A DNA stretch of 30,604 nt from a virus (lineage: Duplodnaviria; Caudoviricetes), in IMG/VR virus record IMGVR_UViG_3300025382_000032, positions 1-30,604 of that record; one strand, 5' to 3'. Below, piece by piece: positions 1 to 10,500 of the stretch. The position numbers were made by a program, and so were the translations under genes. Under the pieces are notes generated by a model. It saw only the letters and a program-made list of their open reading frames with translations, did not search any database and had not been told where the DNA came from. Every line of letters starts with the position of its first letter. Within the stretch, counting starts at the first letter, position 1.

Positions 1-1
1 G

Positions 2-634
2 CTTGGCTGTATGTTTGGCCAAGGTGCTAAGGGATTGGTGGCATATGCCGAAGGGATGGGCGTAAAACTAACTGAGATTCAAAGTCAAAAAGCTGTTAAC
101 GCATATCGAACAGACTATAAGCGTGTAAAAGAATTTTGGTATGAATGTCAAGACGCAGCGGTCAAGGCAATTGAACAACCCAATGAAATGCAAGAAGCCA
201 GTAAGCTTCGTTTCATGTATGCAAAAGATGTGTTGTGGATGAAACTACCGAGTGGTAGATTTATTTGCTGGCGGGATCCCAAGGTCGAGGAGCAATTGAC
301 ACCATGGGGTGATATGAGAGAAGGCATCACCGTCGTCAATCAAAACACTTTCACCCGCAAATGGGGTCGTAACATGTTGATTGGTAGTAGTATTTTCCAG
401 TCGGCTGTCCAAGGCACCGCGCGTGACATGCTGGCCGAGGCTTGTTTGTTGTTGGAAAAGAACGGCTTTGAGGTGCTTAACTTGATCCATGATGAAGTCC
501 TCATGTTAGTAGATGAACATCAGGCGCAAACCGCCTTAGATCGTGTAGTCACCTTGATGACTACACCGCCTAAGTGGGCTCTAGATTTTCCGTTAGCAGC
601 AGAAGGTTGGGTAGGTAAGCGTTATCGGAAGTGA
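2..634 (+). CDS. polA: Family A DNA polymerase, C-terminal part (5' truncated by window)
   Basis: Frame is open from nt 2: LGCMFGQG (end of motif B), QSAVQGTARD, motif C LIHDEV, C-terminal PLAAEGWVGKRYRK typical of phage PolA. Confidence 0.95.
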   Translation, partial: LGCMFGQGAKGLVAYAEGMGVKLTEIQSQKAVNAYRTDYKRVKEFWYECQDAAVKAIEQPNEMQEASKLRFMYAKDVLWMKLPSGRFICWRDPKVEEQLTPWGDMREGITVVNQNTFTRKWGRNMLIGSSIFQSAVQGTARDMLAEACLLLEKNGFEVLNLIHDEVLMLVDEHQAQTALDRVVTLMTTPPKWALDFPLAAEGWVGKRYRK

Positions 635-3600
635 TTACTCTTCACGGGGATTTTCGTGTGGCCAGAAAATCCCTTCTTGCATTATTCGTTCAATAACAGT
701 ATTACGAGCCGCTGGCGAATAGTTTGTTAAGCCGTAGGTTCGTGGAGAGGCTACCATATCGGTTACTATAGATTGTCTAGCGTCCATATCACCTTCATAC
801 AATCTTCTTAAAAAATCAGTAGTATATAATCCACGAACCATTTCACTGGCATTTTCATAAGCGCGTTGCCTAATTGCATTAACATGATCTTGTTCATTCG
901 GTTCCATCTCATGCGCACCATTAGCCAATTCATTTTCAGATGGGTGCCAAGGGGATTCTGGAATTTTAATTTCACTAAATGGATTTGGATGTTTTTGAAT
1001 AGCCCGTTCAAAATCAGCATTAGAAGGTAGTTTTTCCATTGGGTGTTTTTTAAACCAGTCAGCCATAATATTTAACATATTGGTAATTTGTGGTTCTGTA
1101 AATTCATCTACCCAACCGTTTGGACCTTTGTCAGCTAATTGCCCTAGAGCAGAAATTAATTGGTCACGATATTTACCGTTATGATCTAACAGCATGTCTA
1201 CTAGTTTACGATGTGTATCTAAAGATACTTGACCCTCTGGTTTTCTATCACCAAATAAAATATCTAAATTTTCAACAACATGATCTTTTAAGTTATCTTG
1301 TAAATAAAGTGATTCTGGGTCTTTTACTAAAACACTATAAACTTCTTCACGAAGTGTTTGTTTATCCCAATCACTTAATTTTTTTGGAGGTTCAGCAGAT
1401 AAATCAACTTGCATATCACCAGCTAAAGCTTCGAATTGATCCGTGGTAAAAAATCTTGGAAGTAAATTTTCGCTTTCTACTTTATCTAAAAACTGTTCTA
1501 CCGTAGGTGAATACCAATCTTGTCTTTTATCAGACATATTACCAACTGCATCATAAGTATTTTTTAAATCATGAACTTCTGGTAAATTTTTTAAATCACG
1601 AACATCAGTTAACTGATCGGCATGTTGATTAAGAAATTTAACCATATGTGGTACATATTCTGGTTTAACTTTTTGATTATCATACCCTTTCATTTCTGCA
1701 ATATATTTAGTTGGAGCACCTTGCAATTTTTCAACATACTCACGCACTTCTGGATATAATTGATATGCATTTTTAACAGCTTCAGCTGAACCAAAATTAT
1801 TTTTATTATCAACAAATTCTAAATATGCGGCATGATTATTTTTTTCTAACCAATTAGCAATAATGTCGGCTTGTTGGCTTACTCTTAATACACGAGGTGC
1901 TTCATAGTGCATATCAACACTAGCTTGTGCAACACCTTTAGGATCAAGTAAACGGGCAATTTCAGCTTTACCCCTTTCCAATCTATCCATATAACGTCTA
2001 GCATGAGTTTGTTCATATGGGTCAGCACCCTTAACCACCTTACCGGTATGTGGTTCAATATACGGACCATGATTATATTCTGGAGTTGGATAATCTGGAG
2101 TATTACGACAACCAGCACCAATACATTGTTTTAAATCAATTGTACTTAAACCTAAATCACGAAGTGCTAAATTTTTACCAGTGTCTGTTTGAACATCCTC
2201 GGGTCTAATAATATGCATTTTAGAACCATCGTCATATGGCACATCAGATTGAATACTTTCAAAACGAGATTTACGCCAATCATCTTTAGCTTGCTCAACA
2301 GCCTCTTTGCTTTTTTGTGCAGATTTGTATTCATCAATTAGTTTTTGTAGGACATTTGCTGGTAAAGCTTTTTGTAAATCTTTTGGTTGTAATTTACCTT
2401 GAAGTAAATCATGAAGTACTCTTTTTCTAACAGCAGGAAGACCAGTTCCTTCTTCTACATCATAATGATTTAAATCATTAACAACAGAATATCTTTCTAA
2501 TTTTGATCCAGCGGGGTATTTTGGATCATCAAATTTAGAATAGGCAAATGTTCTAGGATACAAAGATCTATCTATATCTGCTTCCATGCGTTTTCCACTA
2601 GGAGTTAAAGCAGTCTCTTTACCAATATTTGTGTTTAATAAATTTTGGTTAGTATCTCTATATTTTCTTAAAGCACTTTCTCTACCATGTTCAACAATAC
2701 TTGCTTGTGTTTCGGTAAGTGGTTTAACTTCTGGAAATAAACCTTTAATTTCTCGACCATTTTGATTAAAGAAATTTGAAATTGGAACATTGGCTTCATC
2801 AAGGGTTTTTAACATAGGATCTGTTTCAAGACCAGTACCCATTTGATTGGTAATATATTTTTGATAAGGCCCCATTATCCAAGCATTATAGTGCGGTGCT
2901 ATTTCTTCAATTTGAGCTGGAGTGTATAATTTTTTGTTACCAGCTTGTTCTGCTCCAATATTAAATTTTTTTGCAAATTCATTAGCAGCTTCTTTTGTTA
3001 ATTCTAAAACCCTCGGATTCTTGCCTACATAATTGTTAAATTCAGGATCTTTTTTAAGACCATATTCATTTAAAAATTCTTCCCAAGCTTGTTGCAATCT
3101 ATAATTATCCAAAATACTCGGATGATGTTTTTCAAATTGTTTTACAAATGCTTTAACTGGATCATCTATTTGAAGTATAGATAAATGTTTACCAAGTGAG
3201 CTTTGTTCAGACAACGGAATGGTGCTTCCCAAGTTAGTTGGCCAGTTGCCACCTTTTGGTTTAACTGCAAAATTAGCGACTGGAATATCTGGCATACCAA
3301 AAGGTTGTTTAATTCCACCAGTTTCCATAATCTGGTTGTATGCCATCTCAGCCAATGGTTTAGCCATAGCTGTAGCGGTATCTGTAGCACCAGCCGCACG
3401 AGATCCTAATGTAGGATAATCACGCACTAAACCCGCTTTGGCGTTAGCATAATCCATAGGAAAGTTACGCACATCCGTAATAGCTGATGTGGCACCAGCA
3501 CGCAAGTCATCCGGCGTAAAGCGATAATTCATACCCATCAGTTCGGGTAATGGGCCGATGCCCATTGAAGAGCCAGTAATTTGTTCGGGGAGTTTGTTGA

Positions 3601-4012
3601 TTGCTCTAACAAGATTTTGACCTTGTTGCGTAGGAGGGGTGTAGTGTAGATTTTGAGCTGCTAAAGCGGCATTTTGTTGCGCTATATCGGTACCTTTGCC
3701 ATACTCCCCACCCGTAATACCCTTATAGGCACCGTATAAGTTGCCTAGAAGACCGCCAAGCATATCGGAACCCATGGAGATAGCCGCTTGACCAACGGGA
3801 GCTCCTGGCATGTTTTGCATAACCGCTTGGATGGGTTGTATAAAGCTGGGCGTAGAAGATGGTGCTGGAGTCTGCGTTGCTTGATTGGTAATTGCTGCAC
3901 GCATTTTAGCGATGTTAGCTGCGTCAGATGCACTGGGCTGGTTATAACCAGGGGGTAATGCATTTAAGCTATCAGCAACATAGGCTCCAGTTACGGGGTC
4001 GATGTATGGCAT
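635..4012 (-). CDS. Large (1125 aa) putative internal virion/injected protein with a PcfJ-like region
   Basis: Last gene of the structural operon; Gly/Ala/Gln-rich N-terminus; LKQCIGAG and AEMKGYDNQKVKPEY resemble PcfJ-like HCVG and QIKG-N motifs. Confidence 0.6.
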   Translation of the reverse strand: MPYIDPVTGAYVADSLNALPPGYNQPSASDAANIAKMRAAITNQATQTPAPSSTPSFIQPIQAVMQNMPGAPVGQAAISMGSDMLGGLLGNLYGAYKGITGGEYGKGTDIAQQNAALAAQNLHYTPPTQQGQNLVRAINKLPEQITGSSMGIGPLPELMGMNYRFTPDDLRAGATSAITDVRNFPMDYANAKAGLVRDYPTLGSRAAGATDTATAMAKPLAEMAYNQIMETGGIKQPFGMPDIPVANFAVKPKGGNWPTNLGSTIPLSEQSSLGKHLSILQIDDPVKAFVKQFEKHHPSILDNYRLQQAWEEFLNEYGLKKDPEFNNYVGKNPRVLELTKEAANEFAKKFNIGAEQAGNKKLYTPAQIEEIAPHYNAWIMGPYQKYITNQMGTGLETDPMLKTLDEANVPISNFFNQNGREIKGLFPEVKPLTETQASIVEHGRESALRKYRDTNQNLLNTNIGKETALTPSGKRMEADIDRSLYPRTFAYSKFDDPKYPAGSKLERYSVVNDLNHYDVEEGTGLPAVRKRVLHDLLQGKLQPKDLQKALPANVLQKLIDEYKSAQKSKEAVEQAKDDWRKSRFESIQSDVPYDDGSKMHIIRPEDVQTDTGKNLALRDLGLSTIDLKQCIGAGCRNTPDYPTPEYNHGPYIEPHTGKVVKGADPYEQTHARRYMDRLERGKAEIARLLDPKGVAQASVDMHYEAPRVLRVSQQADIIANWLEKNNHAAYLEFVDNKNNFGSAEAVKNAYQLYPEVREYVEKLQGAPTKYIAEMKGYDNQKVKPEYVPHMVKFLNQHADQLTDVRDLKNLPEVHDLKNTYDAVGNMSDKRQDWYSPTVEQFLDKVESENLLPRFFTTDQFEALAGDMQVDLSAEPPKKLSDWDKQTLREEVYSVLVKDPESLYLQDNLKDHVVENLDILFGDRKPEGQVSLDTHRKLVDMLLDHNGKYRDQLISALGQLADKGPNGWVDEFTEPQITNMLNIMADWFKKHPMEKLPSNADFERAIQKHPNPFSEIKIPESPWHPSENELANGAHEMEPNEQDHVNAIRQRAYENASEMVRGLYTTDFLRRLYEGDMDARQSIVTDMVASPRTYGLTNYSPAARNTVIERIMQEGIFWPHENPREE

Positions 4013-4015
4013 GAA

Positions 4016-4822
4016 TTAATCCAGAGTAGTTAAACCGCCAGTTGATTTATTTTGTGGTTGGTCTTGCTCATCTAATTGTCTTTGGAAATATCCAATTGGA
4101 ATAGATGCTGCAGCACCAGCAATATTTGACCAAGGACTCATTGGAGTTGGAGCTACAGTAGCCACATTGCTAAGAAGACCAGCAGTGTCTAAAAACTCAC
4201 GACCAGTTTGACCATGCTTTAAATGGTTCCATAAACGCACTGCGTTCTCGCCACCTTCCCATAAGCTACCAGCAACACCAGCACCTTTGACTAATGGGCT
4301 ACCTACAATTTTGGAAGCCATGCTAGTGCCAGGGAGGCTTTGTACTTTTTGAATAGCACGCTGATATGGGTTAAGAGGAGCACGCTCGCCAGCCATAGCA
4401 CCTTCTGCTGATGCAGCTTCACCCAACTCTGGGGGAAATACCTCATTGATTAATGCTTGTTTGGCTGCTTGACCTTTGGCTTGCATTTGGAGCTGATGCT
4501 CAGCACCGTAATCTCCGCCACCTTGGTAAGGCATAGGTTTACCAGTAGCTGGATCGATATGCTGAGTTGCTTGCCATTTTGCAATGTAATTTTCTGGAGC
4601 AAGCTTTTCAGCAATTTTGTTAGTAACAGCACGGGTGATAGGCGAGTGCAATACACCGCTAATGGTTTTAGCACCAGCAACAGCGGGAATACCTAATACT
4701 TCAGCGGCCACACCACCTTGATAAGGCTCAACATCTTCATACTCTTTTCGGTTGGCATGAAACTGCTGATAGTCATGAAGTTTCTCTTTAGGAACGGGTT
4801 CGTATTTTACATCGTCGCTCAT
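4016..4822 (-). CDS. Putative internal virion protein (268 aa)
   Basis: Coupled ORF in the ejection-protein cluster; Ala/Gly-rich amphipathic segments; ends KSTGGLTTLD. Confidence 0.6.
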   Translation of the reverse strand: MSDDVKYEPVPKEKLHDYQQFHANRKEYEDVEPYQGGVAAEVLGIPAVAGAKTISGVLHSPITRAVTNKIAEKLAPENYIAKWQATQHIDPATGKPMPYQGGGDYGAEHQLQMQAKGQAAKQALINEVFPPELGEAASAEGAMAGERAPLNPYQRAIQKVQSLPGTSMASKIVGSPLVKGAGVAGSLWEGGENAVRLWNHLKHGQTGREFLDTAGLLSNVATVAPTPMSPWSNIAGAAASIPIGYFQRQLDEQDQPQNKSTGGLTTLD

Positions 4823-6582
4823 TATTTAGCTCTCATCCATTGACCGTCTTTGAAAATAATTGGGTTACCATCTACATCCTTATCCATAGCACCCTCTTTT
4901 GGTTTATTCATAACCCGACCAACTTGGTTATTCAATTCCACATTCCACTTACCAATAATACCTTGCACTTTTGGCATCATCATAAACACATAAGGGTCTG
5001 GATTTTTTACAGTGGATTTATAATTATTCCACTCTTTTGCAATCTCAGAGTTTCTTTCGTGGATAAGCTGAATGGTTAGTGCTTGAGCAAGGTTTTGTGA
5101 AGCTGGGAAATTAGCACCCAAACCTTTAGCGGCTTGAGAAATGGTTGTTAACTGAGCACCCATTTTAGAGCCAGTACCACCAAACTGTTCTTTCTCATAG
5201 GCAATACCCAGCTCTTTAGCTAACTGGTTCATACGAGATCTTTTTTCCATGGCATCTTCACCTTGGAATTGCTGTTTAATAGAAACCAATCTGCTAGTAT
5301 TTTTACTAGCTTCATCACCTTCTTTAACAGCTGGATCTTCAACTGTGCCAGTCAAGCCCATCAAGATACCAATGGGGTCATTCTTATAACCATAACCAAA
5401 GTAACCAGGATGCTGTTTAGCCATATCAATAATTTCTTGGGCTTTTTGCAAAGTGGTTGGGTTAAATGATTGGTTTTGCAAATCAGCAATAAATTTACCA
5501 GCGGCTTCACGCTCTTGTTTTAAAGACTCTAACTCAGCTTGATTTCTAGCTTGCTCTTGTTGCAATCCGCTTTCAGCAGTTTGCTTTTGGAAACCGTAGT
5601 TTTGTGTGTTTGCTACGGGAGGAGGTTGCCAGCCTTGTACAGTTACTTGACCTTGGGGTGTGGCTTCTGCACTACCCATTAATGAACTTAGTGCAGTGTC
5701 CAAAGCACTACCTTGCATATCAGAGCCGGGCATAACTGGAGCTGTACCAGCTTGTGGCATCATGGATTGTTGTGCCATAGGATCAACTGGGGGCTGACCG
5801 CCAACAGCTAACTGAGGACGCATGATACCACCCATCGCTTTTTTCTGGACGGGAGTTTGCTGTTTCATTTGTGGTCCAGGATAACCAGGATCTACTCGAC
5901 CGCCTAATGCAACTGGCAAGTCTAAAGGATTTTTCTTGTATCTATCCAATTCTTCTTTAGTGGTTGATACATGGTAAATCTTACCATCTGGAGCCAAAAT
6001 AGGCACATTTTCAAGAACATCGAAACGACCCCAATTGTATTGTGCACCAAGTTTTTCTCTAGCATTAGTATTTGCAAACTCAGCTAACTTAGTTTGGAAT
6101 CCAGCCACATCATTATTCTTTACATAAGTCTGTAAGGCAGCCAATTGCAAGTCAGTTAAGTCGCCCAATGCAGGTGCATTTTGTCCTTGAGTTTGCTGAC
6201 CAGCACCACCAACGGGTACTTGTTGACCAGCACCAGCGGTAGGTACTTGCTGACCAGCACCACCTTGTAATTGACCAAAAGTAGAACGCATATTACCTAA
6301 TTGGTTGCTTAACAAACCAATATTAGCCATGTTGCTATAAATGTTTTGTAATTCAGATTGCTCTTGTAAACGCTGTTCAGCACGCTGACGCAATGCCGAT
6401 TCTGGGTTATAGTGAGTATGAGCAACCATATCATCTATGGATGATTGGAACTGGTGCCATGGGCTTTGTATTTCAGCCGCACGCTGTCTCATGTTAGCCA
6501 AAATATCTGATGAAGTTGGGTCAGCAGCAACTGCTGTTACTGCCTCTTTACTTAACGCGCCTAATCCGCTTGAATCTGCCAT
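4822..6582 (-). CDS. Putative internal virion/ejection protein (586 aa)
   Basis: Gln-rich, largely helical; position after the pilot-like gene; TAATG overlap with the next gene. Confidence 0.65.
   Translation of the reverse strand: MADSSGLGALSKEAVTAVAADPTSSDILANMRQRAAEIQSPWHQFQSSIDDMVAHTHYNPESALRQRAEQRLQEQSELQNIYSNMANIGLLSNQLGNMRSTFGQLQGGAGQQVPTAGAGQQVPVGGAGQQTQGQNAPALGDLTDLQLAALQTYVKNNDVAGFQTKLAEFANTNAREKLGAQYNWGRFDVLENVPILAPDGKIYHVSTTKEELDRYKKNPLDLPVALGGRVDPGYPGPQMKQQTPVQKKAMGGIMRPQLAVGGQPPVDPMAQQSMMPQAGTAPVMPGSDMQGSALDTALSSLMGSAEATPQGQVTVQGWQPPPVANTQNYGFQKQTAESGLQQEQARNQAELESLKQEREAAGKFIADLQNQSFNPTTLQKAQEIIDMAKQHPGYFGYGYKNDPIGILMGLTGTVEDPAVKEGDEASKNTSRLVSIKQQFQGEDAMEKRSRMNQLAKELGIAYEKEQFGGTGSKMGAQLTTISQAAKGLGANFPASQNLAQALTIQLIHERNSEIAKEWNNYKSTVKNPDPYVFMMMPKVQGIIGKWNVELNNQVGRVMNKPKEGAMDKDVDGNPIIFKDGQWMRAK
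6191..6264 (-). repeat. 27-nt coding tandem repeat, about 3 copies (GAGQQVP)
   Basis: Protein reads GGAGQQVPT AGAGQQVPV GGAGQQTQ. Confidence 0.85.
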
Positions 6583-6599
6583 AATTTATCCTTAGTTAC

Positions 6600-7559
6600 T
6601 TACAGTACAGTTCCATCTGGAAGAACTGTTTGACCCAAACTATTTTGAGTATTACCACTAGCATCTGGAGTCAAAACACTAGTTCCGCTGGGATTTGTAG
6701 TAACTCCATTCGTGTAATCAACTGGAGCTGGGGTGCTACTACTAAACAAACTAGATAAACCAGGAATGTTAGATAATGCATTTGCTAATGTTCCTGTTTT
6801 TCCAGCTGAACCAAATAGTGCTGATGTTAAATTGCTTGCTGCGCTTGGTAAACCAGCTAATGTAGAAACCATCTGCAATGGTGATTGTTGATTTTGTAGT
6901 GAAACTGTTGCTGGAGCGTTAACTGCATTAACCAAGTTAGCATAGTTAGTAGGTGCTTGGAATGGTGCGTTCATCTGAGCCGCACCAGTGGTTAAGTCTG
7001 CGGTAACTCCTTGAGCTCCTACATTACCTAATGCACTGCCAGCGCTTGCACCAGCTTGTTGGTTTTGTAAAGCGGCTTGCATTTGTTGTGCGGCCAGTGT
7101 ATCAAAAGCATTTCCTCTAGCTAAGTCAACTGCAGTTTGACCACGCAAACTACCAAAATTACCAGAACCAATCGCACCAGCTTCTGCACCAGAAGTTATT
7201 TGTGGTAATAATTGATTAAGTTGTTGCTGTTGAGCAGAGAACAAACCGCCTAAAGCAGTGTTGGTATTTGGCGTTGTAACGCCCGTAGTGGGGTTTGTGG
7301 TAAAGGGGTTAGCCGCACCATAAGCAATTTGATTTAAGCTTGTCTGGGCTTGTGTAAAAGGGTTTGTAGCACCTTGAAGAGTATTAATTGCACCTTGAGC
7401 AGTAGTCTGCCCTAAACTAGGCGCTTGACCCAAAGCAGAACCAGCTTGGTTAATGACATTTTGTTGCGCTGTGTCATACCAAGATGGTAGCGTTGTTTGT
7501 TGCTGGTTTGTGCTTGATATAAGGTTATTTAAACCAGATGAACTTGTTGTTCCTGCCAT
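6600..7559 (-). CDS. Putative DNA pilot/ejection protein (319 aa)
   Basis: Gln/Ala/Gly-rich with few charges; TTLPSW start and AIGSGNFGSLRG motif of the kind seen in podovirus ejection proteins. Confidence 0.65.
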   Translation of the reverse strand: MAGTTSSSGLNNLISSTNQQQTTLPSWYDTAQQNVINQAGSALGQAPSLGQTTAQGAINTLQGATNPFTQAQTSLNQIAYGAANPFTTNPTTGVTTPNTNTALGGLFSAQQQQLNQLLPQITSGAEAGAIGSGNFGSLRGQTAVDLARGNAFDTLAAQQMQAALQNQQAGASAGSALGNVGAQGVTADLTTGAAQMNAPFQAPTNYANLVNAVNAPATVSLQNQQSPLQMVSTLAGLPSAASNLTSALFGSAGKTGTLANALSNIPGLSSLFSSSTPAPVDYTNGVTTNPSGTSVLTPDASGNTQNSLGQTVLPDGTVL

Positions 7560-10500
7560 TATGCTCTCACTTTTTCTTTTGCTTGTAATAGATAAGCCAA
7601 CGGACCTTTACTATCCGGTGGCAAATGTTTGGCGTCATGCTTTTGTTTATGTGCTCTAATTGTTTTTAAAAATGCATCTAATACTTTAGCACCGCTATCG
7701 TTACTACCATTTCCTAAGCTTGATACTACATCAGCTGGGATTACAAATTCACCGTTAGCCAACATCGCTGGAATGGAATCACTTGTACCATCTCCAGCAC
7801 CTTGTACATAACGGTGTTGCATTGAGTTTAAACCGCCCTCACTAAAAAACTGTGGGTTATGCTCTTGTGGCAATACTCTATCTTGGTAAGACATGTTTGT
7901 ATCACCACCATTAGCGTGCCCAGGAACATTATACAACGGAACACCTTCTCTACCAAATAAACTTGGATGCCCTTGTATTTCTTTGCCCTTCATAAAAACA
8001 GGCTTCATAGAAAAATCATCACCACCACTTGCTAAATGGGGAACTTGCATTAAGCCACCAGTTGCGGCTTGCTGAATCTCTTGTAGCTGGTTAGGGTTGT
8101 ATGTTGGACTAGCATACGAATCCACAGGTATTGCTAAGCTAGAAAGAGGTAATGCTATTTGAGAGCCTTTAACCATGGTGGGTGTTAAATTACCAGATGT
8201 TGTTGATGGAAGATTTGAACTTGGTATTGCTGTTGTTGGGCTTAAATTAGTTAATGTAGTACCAGTACCTAAGCCAGTGCCTGTTCCAACGCCTGTGCCA
8301 GTTCCCACTCCAGCGGTGGTGCCAGTACCCGTACCAGCTCCAGTACCTAAACCAGCAACTAAGCCAGCACCAATTCCAGTACCTACGGCAGTGCCAGCTC
8401 CAGATCCGCCAGTAGTAGTTGTTCCAGTACCAGTTCCCGTACCAGCCGTTGTACCAGCTGTCGTAGAAGTTGGTAATCCTCCAGTAGTGGCAGTAGTTGC
8501 TGGAGTTGTTGATGTTCCAGAAGGTAACCCGCCAGTTGTTTTACTTGGCGTTTGGTTAGCAATAATATTACTAATGATGTCGCTTGGGCTAACTTGACTG
8601 CTATCTGTTGTACCAGTTGGTGTTGTACCAGTTGTTGCAGTTTGAGTTGTATCAGTTGTAGTAGGCTGAGTTGTATTTGTGTTAGTTGTACCAGTTCCCG
8701 AAATACCATACTGTGCTAGTTCTTCGGCAGTTGGCGATGTAACAGTAACTGTACCCTTTGGACCAGAAACAATACCAGTACCTAGGCCAGCAGTTTGACC
8801 AGACTGTCCAGTAAATGTAGCACCAGTGGTATTTGTAGCTGCCACATTTAAGTTACCATTTTGGTCGTATACCGCGCCAGTGGTAGGGTTCAAAAACCCT
8901 TGTGATCCATCTGGGTTGGTAACTGGTATGGTACTAGCCAAGTCTGCTTGACCAATTGTAGGTGGAGCATTAGCGGCTATTGAATTAATACTTGGGCCAG
9001 CGGATAATTGACCAGTTAAAATATTATTTAATTGATCTTGTGATATACCAAAATTGCTTGCAATAGTTTGAGTATCAAGACCAGACTGTTGTAAATTATC
9101 GTTTAATGTTGATGTTGCGTTTTGTGATGCCGTTGTTAACGGGCTAATAACATTTTGATAAATGCTATTTAAATTATTATTAGTAGTTTGGTATGTAGAC
9201 TCTAATGGTGCAACAGTTTTTTGATATATATTTTCTAAATTTGCACTGGCTGTTTTTAATGATGTTTGAGCTGCAGCGTAATCAGTAGTAGCAATATCAT
9301 TTAAATTTGTACCAATTGGGTTATAAGCGGCAACTGCATTTTGATATTTTGTTCCTAAAGCTTGCAAATTATCATAATCTGCTTGTGTTGGGTTTGTATT
9401 AGAATTAAAAGCAGTTAAAGCATTATTATAATCAGTTTGTGCAGCTGTAGCCGCAGCATACAAAGACTGTGCTTGTGGTTTTAATGTTTCAAATTGGTTG
9501 TATAAATTTTGTACTTCATTTTTTGCAGCGTCTGCTTGTTGTGATGCTTGAACATAATCTGGATTTTGTAATGCTTTTTCAAGAGCAGTTTGAGCTTCTT
9601 GAGTTTTTTGTAAAGCTGGAGTGTAGGCACTATTGTATGCATCACTTAATGCACTTTGATAACTCTTTGCACCATTAATTGCACTACCTATTGTCGCTCC
9701 AACAGCGCCACTTAGAAGACCAGCATTAACATCTCCACCTTTAATAGCACTACCTAATGCTCCAGTGCCAGCACCAATTAATGCACTTGCAACTGGTTGA
9801 GGTACACTTCCAGATAACTGAGTATTAGCTTGACCGCCTAAATAACTTAATCCACCACCAAGAGCAGTATTTTCTAAAACAGTAATTGGGTCTTTACCAG
9901 AAACAAGAGACTGTGTTGCAGATAATAAAGTTGATGCCGTAGATGGACTTAAAGGCGAACTTAAACCTAATTGTGAAGCCAATTCTGGAGATGTTAAACT
10001 ATTTAATGCTGCACCAGTTAACGCACCAGATACCGCACCAGATAAAATGCCTTTTAAAGGATCTTGCCCTGTTAGTACAGCTTTTGTACCACCCAAACCA
10101 CCACCAGTTAATGCACCAGTACCAGCTGAATTTAGTAATGAGGATCCAGCGGCTCCAGCTGCACCAGCACCTAGCCCAGCCGCAGCTTCTGTTCCAGCTA
10201 TTCCAGCAGCAGTGCCCGCACCAGTTAATCCTGCACCAGTGCCAATACCAACTCCCGTGGCTCCAGTGCCCAAACCAAGCCCCGCTGCAGCTTCTGTTCC
10301 AGCGATTCCTGTGGCTGAACCAGCACCAAGACCCACACCTGCAGTAGAAGTTCCAGCACCAGCACCTATACCAGCGCCAGCGCCTAAACCTTCTCCAGCG
10401 GCGGCACCTTCAGCTATGTATGGAGCTAAATAAGGAGCAGCAACTGCTAGTGCTGCTGTTCCTAAAGTAGCCCAACCGCCAGGAATGGTATCTTTTACAG

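Noticed and set aside
8175-10433. Pro/Val/Ala-rich + strand ORFs (8175-8597, 9943-10347, 10047-10433)
   Set aside because: Antisense shadows of Gly/Thr/Ala repeats in the 1022 aa gene
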